Origin: Octopus vulgaris
Taxonomy: Eukaryota
Direction: 5' to 3'
Length of the DNA: 64,000 nt
Assembly: GCA_951406725.2 (NCBI GenBank)
Contig: OX597836.1
Location: 36,828,001-36,892,000 of the forward strand
Shown: positions 53,577 to 64,000 of the stretch, one piece after another
How positions within the stretch are numbered: the first letter of the stretch is position 1
How the letters are laid out: every line of letters begins with the position of its first letter
Made by a program: the position numbers and the translations under genes
The notes under the pieces: model-generated
What the model saw: the letters and a program-made list of their open reading frames with translations, nothing else
The model's database searches: none
What the model was told of the DNA's origin: nothing

Positions 53577-53772
53577 TTCTTTATTGCCCACAAGGACAGA
53601 TGAACGGATTAAGTCGATTACATCAACTCCAGTACGTAACTGGTACTTAATGTATCGACCCCGAAAGGATGAAAGGCAAAGTCGACCTCGGCGGAATTTG
53701 AACTCACAACGTAATGGCAGAAGAAATACGGCTACGCATTTCGCCCGGCGTGCTAACGTTTCTGCCAGCTCG
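53576..53772 (-). mobile_element. SINE family B
   Basis: Reverse copy with Meta-like core. Confidence 0.88.
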
Positions 53773-54150
53773 ATATATATGCGCGTATGTGTATGAGTGT
53801 GTTGTTGCTGCGTGTGTACATGCAGATGTATTTGCCTTTCTACTCAATATTTCATTCATGGGCGCCGTCTAATGACTGAAACAAGATTAAGGTAAAAGAT
53901 AAGCGGTAAGTGATGAAAGGCTGCCCAAAGTGTATTTCCCCTAAATGAAAGGCGAAAATATACGGTTGGAATGATTTCGATGAAAAATCTGTTCAGTGAA
54001 GGATTTCTGAGAATGAGGAACTAAACTAACAACAGATGATTCCTATTTCCAGTTATGGCAGTTCTTCGTTTCCGAAGCCAATAAGGAACAGCGGCCGACT
54101 ACATGTAGCGTTGTGGCTACCAATATTCATACCTTTCAGTGCCTATCTGT

Positions 54151-54367
54151 TTCTTTATTGCCCACAGAGGGGACAAACAAGGACAGACACATGGATTAAG
54201 TCGATTACATCGAACCCAGTGCGTAACTGGTACTTAATTTATCGACCCCGAAAGGATGAAAAGCAAAGTCGACCTCGGCGGAATTTGAACTCAGAACGCA
54301 ACGACAGACGCAATACTGCTAAGCATTTCGCCCGGTGTGCTAACGTTTCTGCCAGCTCGCCGCCTTA
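54151..54367 (-). mobile_element. SINE family B
   Basis: Reverse copy; flanking ACCTTTCAGTG(C/T)CTATC is duplicated. Confidence 0.9.
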
Positions 54368-57076
54368 ATAGACACCTTTCAGTGTCTATCGTCTTCGTCT
54401 CTTCTCCGTCGCTGTCGTAGGAATTTTCTTTCTGTCAGCATTTAGTAGTTTTAAAGTGAGTCAGTCCGGGCTCCCACTCTTTAAAATTGAAGGTCTGAAA
54501 ACAATGGCTCAGTGAACTAAAACGGATGGGGTGACTAACAAGCTGTAGCTTTCTCATTAAAATAACCTCCTTCAAGGTGAACTGCCTTACAGAGCTGGCA
54601 CCACTGTCTATACTGGATTTTCAGCATATTCTCCTAATATGCACCCAATGGAAAAAATGTGGCCCTTTCACCCATTTACAAATCTATTTAGGGTGTTTGC
54701 TTAATTTATCGTTAAATTAGAGAAATGTAGTGTCAGAACTGCTTGTTTTCTCAGCGCGCGATATTTAGTGCTTTTTTTAATTATTTATTTAATCTTTGCT
54801 TGTCATTTAGTGGTGACAGTTGTCAATAACCCTCTTCACGTTTGTTTAAGCTAAATTTAGTTCTGTAACTACAGAAGTAAAAATCTAAGATTACACCAAC
54901 CAGTAATTTAATCCCTTGTTTAACCGAAATCTAAATATCTCATGGAAATGCGTTCACGTCAACGGAAATGATATTTCATCGTGCTTAAAATATTCAAACA
55001 GCGCAAAATTGGAAGAAAGCAAATTCGAGTAGGAGAATTAAAAATATTAATAAATATACTGAACACAACATCAGATATCGTTCAAAAGAATTGCGCAATA
55101 ATCCAAGGAGGGAATTTTATAGTCCACCCTTGGCTTGTTAGAAATAGCAGCCAAGTTACATACTGTCTTTTGCGAAAGCAATACAATAGATAATGTAGCA
55201 TTAGTTATACTATGTGTGAAAAAGAACTATGAATGTTGTATAACTAAATATAGAATTTCTGAGAAATAACACATTGAATAATGTTGACTTAGCTATACTA
55301 TATCGGAAATACGATGGTTAGTCTTTGTTGGAACGCCAATTTATCGTAACCTGTCTGGAAGTGAATTTAGTTCATCAGAAGAATCCTTATGCCTTAATAT
55401 CCATCCGAACAATTCTTAATCTTGCGTGCTCTTTCTACAGGATTTGTTTTCAACCAAAGTCTATATGACCATTTGGGGTCCATTCTAAGTATTGTTGCTA
55501 AAATATGTGCCATAAATCGGTTATAATTCCACAATGCACAAACTTGTTTAACTAGTGTTTAATACAATTTCATATATCTAATTCTTAAAATACTATGGGA
55601 TATTTTGGACATCGAATGACTACGAGGGTCCATACGAATATTCCTCACCCATTCAAGTTTAATATCCTCTCTCTTTAATTAAAATGCTAATCCATTTACA
55701 GAGTGCTTTCTGTTTCATAGATATAGAATAATTTCATAAGTAGGGGAGAGGTTTGGGTGTTTGGAAAAAGATAATGCGGTGGTGGAGCAGGTGAGTGAGT
55801 GGAAACAGTCAGTCACCTGACCCCCACCTGAATTTACCTGAAAACTTAGTGGTGCAAATGTTGTCATTTTACGATTTATCGCTCTAGCTTATCCTGAATG
55901 ACACGTTACCTTGTCAAAAGTCGGTGTCGATGATAGATTATATGAATTAAAGAAAGAAAGATGTGTGTGCGAAGGCAAGGAGTTGGAAAAATCATTATTG
56001 CATCAGAACAATGCCTTGCTGTACTTGTTACGGTCCCTTACATTGTGAGTTCAAACACTATCGAAGACAAATTCGTGTTTCTTCCTTCGGGGTTCAATGA
56101 AATACCATGCCAGTCAAGTACTGGAGTCCATGGTATCGACTATCCGAACCCTCTCTCTTAAAATTTTTATCATTGTGCCTATGTTACCGACCATATCAGA
56201 GAGAAAGCTGGTGTACGTATCGATAACTGCTTGGTCCCAAACAGGGTATTTTGTTCAATCCTTTTACTTGTACCTTTTGGCATGTGCATTTTAACATAGA
56301 CCAAATAGTTTAAAGTAATATTCTCTGAACAGAATCTGTGAAAACACGTAGTGTAAACATCAAATTCAAATTTTGGCTGGTAAACTTCAGCCTTGATGTT
56401 TCTTGGAGTGACATTTGCAAAGTCTTTTCTGTTAAAAACAAGTGGACTAGGTCTCCCACCTGAGAATAAATGTCACCTTTCTCCCACATAATATCAGAGA
56501 TACCGGATATAGTTATGAATAATGCAAATGAATATATAGAAACACAGACACAGGAGTGCGGAATATATTCTGTTGCTACTGCCTTCTGCAAATACGATGA
56601 CTTGATAAAAATGCGGGAAGATTTCCACCGCAATGATCTGATAATTCAGATAAAGCATACAAGGTATCATACATATTTATGTTCGATCTTGAATAGATTG
56701 ATGAACATCTGAACAGATATAAACATCATTTCCTACAACTAAAAGAAAAATTTCATGACACTACCTTCCGTAGAAAAACTAGTGCATTACCTTTGGGAAA
56801 TCATATCAAGTCATATCAGGCAAAAAAAGAGAAAATCCCAAACGCTATTTACAGATTTTCTTCTGTGGACACAGAAACCCTGCACATGAAATGAAGCTAT
56901 ATCTATGAAACAGAACGCGCTCTGTAACAGGATTAGCATTGTAATTAAGGAGAGTGGGTATTAATCTTAAGACAAATACATAAAAACATACCTTCATCTC
57001 ACATGCACGCTAATACAAACACATACACACATGCACACTTGCACAGACTCACATATATACATACATATATATATAT

Positions 57077-57196
<120 letters not shown>

Positions 57197-57280
57197 TTAT
57201 ATATGTATATGTATATACATATATATCATATATATGTATATATATACGTCTGTTTCTATATGTATATGTATATATGTATG

Positions 57281-57379
<99 letters not shown>

Positions 57380-57497
57380 TTATATATATATATAAATATA
57401 TATGAATTATATAATGAGGTCAAAAATTAATATTATTAAATAATATCAATTTAAACCAGTGGCCTAGCATACTTCAAAATATCCGAAGATTTTATAT

Positions 57498-57539
<42 letters not shown>

Positions 57540-57540
<1 letters not shown>

Positions 57541-58070
57541 TGAAATAGCCACCAAGGTGGATTCCTACTGTGCTAGAATAAGACGCTAATTCGCCTTACC
57601 ACGAATATGTTCTCAAAAACTTAAGCAAACGCCAGAATGTATGCGAGATAGACAAACGAAAAAGAGCAATTAACTCCTTACCTTAAGATTTTGATATCAA
57701 TGATCACTAATATGATCTTCCGTAGATCTTCAGTGAAGTAGTTTCAAGATACATAATCCGCCGAACTTGATCCAAAACGTCCTCGCTACAGCGAACGTCC
57801 TCACTGCATTCATAAAGTTGCACCAATTATGTCTTAGTTTCTTATTTTTTAACTTCCATCACTGAAGATCTAAGGATACTCACAAATGTGAACGTTCATA
57901 GCGAAATCATAATGTATGGAGCTAAATGGTCTATTTTGTCTCCTTTCATTTGTCTTGCTCGCATACCTTCTGGTGTTTGCTAAAGGTCTTCAGAATATAT
58001 TCTTCGTGGTAAGGCAATTTGGTGCCTTTATCATATTAGGAATGCATGTTGGTGGCTATTCCTCTTATTC
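57540..58070. mobile_element. Old (TA)n-embedded palindromic element
   Basis: Colinear inverted blocks: AATAGCCACCAA/TTGGTGGCTATT, GCCTTACCACGAA/TTCGTGGTAAGGC, TAGATCTTCAGTGA/TCACTGAAGATCTA. Confidence 0.72.
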
Positions 58071-58110
58071 ATATATATATAGACAAACACACATATAATT
58101 ATATGTATAT

Positions 58111-58148
<38 letters not shown>

Positions 58149-58152
58149 TCAT

Positions 58153-58314
58153 ATGGCTGTGTGGTAAGTAGCTTGCTAACCAACCACATGGTTCTGGGTT
58201 CAGTCCCACTGCGTGGCACCTTGAGCAAATGTCTTCTGCTATTGCCTCGTGCCGACCAATGCCTTGTGAGTGGATTTGGTAGACGGAAACTGAAAGAAGC
58301 CCGTCGTATATATG

Positions 58315-58347
<33 letters not shown>

Positions 58348-58545
58348 TTGTCCCCCTAGCATTGCTTGAAAACCAATACTGGTGTGTTTATGTCCCCGTC
58401 ACTTTGCGGTTCGGCAAAAGAGACCGATAGAATAAGTACTGGGCTTACAAAGAATAAGTCCCGGGTTCGATTTGCTCGACTAAAGGCGGTGCTCCAGCAT
58501 AGCCGCAGTTAAATGACTGAAACAAGTAAAAGAGTAAAAGAGTAT
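58153..58545 (+). mobile_element. SINE family C
   Basis: Near-identical to 33926-34325. Confidence 0.9.
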
Positions 58546-58571
58546 ATATATATTTATATGTAGAACATATA

Positions 58572-58618
<47 letters not shown>

Positions 58619-58634
58619 CATATATTTATATGTA

Positions 58635-58675
<41 letters not shown>

Positions 58676-59088
58676 CATATATCATTATATTTATATATAT
58701 ACTGAAAACCTTTCAATAGCGCACTTGGAGTGAGCGTTAATGGTTCTGGCGCAAATAAGGCATACATGTTGGCTTTGGGCATTCTGACGGTAACACTTTT
58801 CTTCATAACCGTTTCTCATTCTTCACGGTTGCACTAGCCAACGTAAATTTGCATGCCGCGCTTTGGTGTAGTCTTGCCACTTCTTCCTCGGTGCTGCCAC
58901 TCGCGGTCACTGCCACACTATCTGAAAAGGTGAGTGGGTTGCAAATTCGTAGTTAGTATCAACCATTTACTTGTAAAAATGCAGGAAACATTTTCTTTAG
59001 TAAACATTATTAAGTAATTCATCAGAAGCTATTCGAATTGTCTTATATACGTAGCGTCAAACACACTTACTCATACACTCACAAATAC

Positions 59089-59156
<68 letters not shown>

Positions 59157-59829
59157 TTATTTATATATACATATATATGCATATATAAATATATATAAAT
59201 ATATACATCTATATGCATATATATATATATGCACATATATATAGACAATGAGAGTGAGAGACAGAGAGTTACGTATATGTTCATATGCATATGAACATAT
59301 ATACATATATATGTAGATATATACGTGTATATGTATATATACAAACATACATATATATATATATACATATATATATATACATATATAAAGTGTGTGAGAG
59401 TGATATATTGGTGTGCTTATATATCTGTCTGTGTGTTTGCGCATGCGTGCCAGCTTACGTGCGTGTGTGAAATTCTTCCTTCTCTAATACGCATTTGTAT
59501 TAATTAAGTTGCTAATCAACCTACAATTTGCATCCTCTTTAATAGATATAGAATTAATTCCCCTGTGATTGCTCAATGTCCAGGTAAGAAAATTAGCAAA
59601 TTCCTTTAGGAAATATTCTTTTGTGAATCATGTTTTGAACCGATTTCCCAAGGGGCACAAACTACTTTTATCATGAAAAGAAACTTCAAGTTAAATTTCC
59701 TTTTTATTGATATAAAATCTATTTTTTATCTGTTCAGAATGTTAACTAAGCAACAAGAGATCTAACTCGAACATACATATTATATTGAGATATTAAATGT
59801 TTTATAGTGCATTAGAATTTGGAAACGAC

Positions 59830-60318
59830 TTTGCAAATATAAGGACGCAGAAAATGTGTCGAAGCCGACAGAAAACGTCGATGCTTCCTTGGGCTAAATG
59901 GCGGTTGTGTAATTCCCTTACGGGACTGTCACGTTGTGGTGACAGTATGCAACCACTGTATCGCTCCACCACCGCTCATGTCTCTCTGAGAAATTTAGAT
60001 ATTCAATATTTCTAATTTCGCTGATCAGTAAATAAATTTTACTGAAAATATGATATATTTGCGAAGAGATTGCAGTTATCTCAGCGAGCGAGACTGACTA
60101 CCCTGGACTGATGACGAGCAATACACTCAGAAACATATGTCTTCAGGTGCTTAGTCCCAGCTGGCGGGGGTGATTGCCACCCCCACCCCCTTTGCAAATA
60201 TAAGGACACGGAAAATGCGTCAAAGCCGACAGGAAAAGTCGATGTTTCCTAGGACTAAATAGCGGTGTTGAAATTCCCTTACGGGACTGTCACGTTGAGT
60301 TGTCAGTATACAACCACT
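59830..60318 (+). mobile_element. Partial-tandem (361-bp period) hammerhead-bearing element, retrozyme/pLTR-like
   Basis: Direct repeats 59830-59957 and 60191-60318 flank a hammerhead; the 3' end runs into (TA)n. Confidence 0.78.
60102..60147 (+). ncRNA. Minimal type I hammerhead ribozyme
   Basis: Stem I CCUGGA/UUCAGG; core CUGAUGA; stem II GAG/CUC; GAAAC-AUAU-GUC, cleavage predicted after 60141. Confidence 0.85.
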
Positions 60319-60559
60319 ATATATATATAAAGAAAGATAGGTAGATAGATAGATAGATAGATATACCTAAATGGATTCGAATGGGAACAGGTTTTTCTTT
60401 CTCGGGGATGCATTTCATCTAATCGTACACCAGTTTTGCTTTATATCGTTTATTGGTACGGGAATTTGTTAATTTGTGTTAGCATTAGTGTTTTTGGTTC
60501 TTCGTACTTTACACATTCGAATTTCCATTTGTTGTTATAGATGTTTTCATCTGTCTGAT

Positions 60560-61426
60560 ATAGAAGAACAGAATTTCAATATTATAATATAAAGAAAGTC
60601 TATGAAAAAGAATTTCAAATCTCTCGACGAAAGAGGAACATTTTAAACATAATGTGGACTGTTATTACCTAACGCTAAGTAAGGGAGGATATAAAGCAGA
60701 AATTAAAATATTATGGACTAAAGGAAAACATTAAATTGGTATTTACCCAAATGAGAGTTCAAATACAGGAAAATGAACATAAGGATAAAATGATTACAAA
60801 TGAAATTCGATATAAAATAGATAAAAATAGCAAAAACACTAAGAAACAAATAGAAAGACAACGCATATAACAAAGATAGAAACTGCGAGGATCTAATAAA
60901 ATTTGTAAATAATGGAATAGAAAGAAGGCCAAAATAATAATGAAAATTGTGACTACTTAAATAAAAACATAAATAGGATAGGATTTAACAAAAAGGGTTG
61001 AAATTGAGAACCTAAACATTCCTAACAATTCTGTAACACAATACACTCCATGTATAAATGTAATTAACCTCCAGAAAAATTACTCTATAAAAGAATTACT
61101 ATGAAAATATTATAGTATGGTTCATAATACCATTTGCAAAACAAATTAGAACCAATATCGTAAAATTCGGGGGGAAAAATATAAGAAAATATCGTGAATT
61201 TTATTTAATTCTTTTGCAGGAAGGACTGTCTCGACCGGATAGTGTTCTGTCCTTACCTTCGAAACACGCATTGAGTCGAACCAGGGGCAGCTGATGAAGG
61301 GTAATATTCCTTGTATTGTTTGTCTTGTACTCTGTTTTTCGTTGTTAAAAAAAGTCCGTTTCCTAGTTTGTTTTTATGTTTTCGTTTCTCGTTGTGTTCT
61401 ACGTTTATTTGTGGTGTCCTGTACTC
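60560..61426 (+). pseudogene. Penelope-like element relic (RT thumb + linker + 3' pLTR-like end)
   Basis: KRISNLSTKEEHFKHNVDCYYLTLSKGGYKAEIK (60606-60707) and NIIVWFIIPFAKQIRTNIVKF (61106-61168) match PLE motifs RxSxxSSxxxxF..Y..AL..SGY and NIIWFNPPFSxxVxTNIGKxF. It ends at (TA)n. Confidence 0.75.
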
Positions 61427-61713
61427 ATATATATATATATATATATATTAAATAATGAGGGAGATAAATTAACATTAATTTTGATATCAATTTAAAACCA
61501 GTAGTCCAGCATACAAAAAATCTGAGAAGTCAGAGAAAATTCTAATATATGTGTATATTGGCAGGGCTTTATATAAATTTTCATCTGTCCTGCCCGCCAA
61601 ATTTGGTTCTGGTGTTCGCTGAATTTTTCCTCTAGAGAATTCCTTTGTAGTTTGATCGTTGATGATCTGTTTCTAGCATACGGCCGACTTCCTAGCAGTC
61701 AAGCCCTGCCAAT

Positions 61714-61772
<59 letters not shown>

Positions 61773-61840
61773 TGTATATATACATATAGATGTAGGTACG
61801 TACATATATGTATGTATGTATGCATATATTTTATATGTAT

Positions 61841-61913
<73 letters not shown>

Positions 61914-62482
61914 GAGAGAGAGAGAAAGAGAGAGGGATGACTATATACCAATTCACATACATGTAATTAATATTCAAACATGTTCCTGAGAAGAGACGGA
62001 AAATTGACTGGTGAGATAAGAGAAGCGGAATTCATAACAGGAACGCGGATATATTTCTAATTTCCTTTGTTTACACAAACACACACACACCTACTCTCTC
62101 TCTCACACACACACACGCATGTATGCATATACATATATTTACACGCGAACGATGCATTATAGCTGTGCAGTAAGACGTTTGCTACCTACGCCTATGGCTA
62201 TGGGTTCAGTCCACTGCGTGGCGTCTTGGTGAAGAGAGATTAGGCAGACAAAAATCTAAAAGAATACATACATATAGATAAACATGGTTTTGTTTTGTTC
62301 ACGTTGCAGTAAACTAGCGCTTCAGTAAAGGAGGCTGATTGAAAATCTCTAAAGATAACCTCGGTAATGACTGAAACAAGTATAAGATTATATATATTAT
62401 TAATATAGAATGAATTTTGTTTTTCAGAAAAAAAAGTTCATCAAAACGTGGCAGCATATCAAAATAACTTTAAAGGTTAAAA

Positions 62483-62695
62483 TTATAAACAACTTATAAA
62501 CAAGGGCAAAAGAAAAATTATTTCCATGCCACAATGAAAAAAAAAAGTCTGTTGACTAGCTTCTCCGATTTCAGCACCACGTATATTTATAGTCAGTGTA
62601 TAATTATATGTAGAAATTGACGACTTAAAGTCTGTTATCAGCATATTGGCATGGAAATAATTTTTCTTTTGCACTTGTTTATAAGTTGGTTATAT
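62483..62695. mobile_element. (TA)n-abutting fold-back with ~49-bp arms
   Basis: CAACTTATAAACAAG.GCAAAAGAAAAATTATTTCCATGCCA is inverted at 62647-62690. Confidence 0.7.
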
Positions 62696-62706
62696 ATATG
62701 TATATA

Positions 62707-62747
<41 letters not shown>

Positions 62748-63159
62748 AATCAAAATATCCTTTGAGAATAAAGTGTACTGGATTTCACATAAGTGCTCTT
62801 GATATAAAAAAATATCTAAAAGCCTAAGGTATTTAGAGATTCAATTTGAACGATTATATATTAAAGAGTAAAAGTAGGAAAAATAATATCATAAAAATCA
62901 CTGTATAGATACGTCCATAATATAAACAATATTGTATTAATAAATAAATATATAAGGTATAACTGTGATATTTTTTTTATATTTGAGAGATCTTACTATT
63001 ATTCCATGATTATACTACTTTTCGAAATGGATTCAAAGTTCTGAAAACTTATTGATTACATACCTAAAAGAAAAGGAATTATGGGTCTTCTACTTACACA
63101 CAGCCATTACGGATTCTTACAAAGCATTTTACCATGGAGTTACTCTTTACTCCTTACTC

Positions 63160-63531
63160 TTTTACTCTTTTACTAGTTTCAGTCATTTGACTGCGGCCAT
63201 GCTGGAGCACCGCCTTTAATCGAGCAACTCGACCCCGGGACTTATTCTTTTGTAAGCCCAGTACTTATTCTAACGGGGATATAAGCACACCAGCATCGGT
63301 TGTCAAGCAATGCTAGGGGACAAACACAGACACACAAACACACACACGCATATATATATATGTATATACGACGGGCTTCTTTCAGTTTCCGTCTACCAAA
63401 TCCACCCACAAGGCATTGGTCGGCCCGGGGCTATAGCAGAAGACACTCGCCCAAGATGCCACGCAGTGGGACTGAACCTGGAACCATGTGGTTGGTTAGC
63501 AAGCTACTTACCACACAGCCACTCCTGCGCC
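63160..63531 (-). mobile_element. SINE family C
   Basis: Reverse copy ending CCACTCCTGCGCC. Confidence 0.9.
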
Positions 63532-64000
63532 TGTTATATTATTTTTCCAAAATGTTTTGCCCAAATTTATACTAGTACATTTTTATACCAATAACGTTTT
63601 AAATACATACTATATGATTTTAAATAGCATCTATATCATTTGATTTACTACACTGAAATTAAACATTTTCTCTGACGAGTGGATATACTTCCTAATTATG
63701 CTTATCAACTTTGGATCTCATTTCAAGTTATAGTTTAATCATGAAATGATCGTAAGATCTCTGAAATATTTTGTAAAAGTCATAGTTATATTTTATGTTT
63801 ATTTATTTATAACATATTGTTTATATTATAGACGTATCTCTACTGAGACTTTTGCGATACATTTTTTCCTAATTTTACTCTCTAATATATCTGTGTTTTT
63901 ATGTACATAACTTTGCATACATTTTGTACGTGTGTCTTATGTGTAAGTGTATGCGTGTTTGTGTGGGTTTTTGTGCGTGTGTGTATTTGTGTCTGTATGT

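Overview
AT-rich, microsatellite-dense eukaryotic intergenic or intronic DNA. The SINE families suggest an octopod cephalopod (inference). No intact protein-coding gene can be supported, and most ORFs in the track are translations of (TA)n/(CA)n/(TAG)n repeats or SINEs. The window is a mosaic of: three abundant tRNA-derived SINE families; decayed Tc1/mariner elements; MITEs; Helitron-like elements; RTE-like LINE pieces; and a same-orientation pile of R4/Dong-like RLE retrotransposon 3' ends in (CATA)n (1-2505). The most notable signal is a set of short elements embedded in (TA)n. Many carry minimal type I hammerhead-ribozyme motifs with family-specific palindromic stem-III loops and/or long asymmetric fold-backs. 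The best example is a complete hammerhead (60102-60147) inside a 361-bp partial tandem repeat (retrozyme/pLTR-like), next to a Penelope-like RT relic. All identifications are by eye, coordinates may be off by a few bases, and no database search was run.
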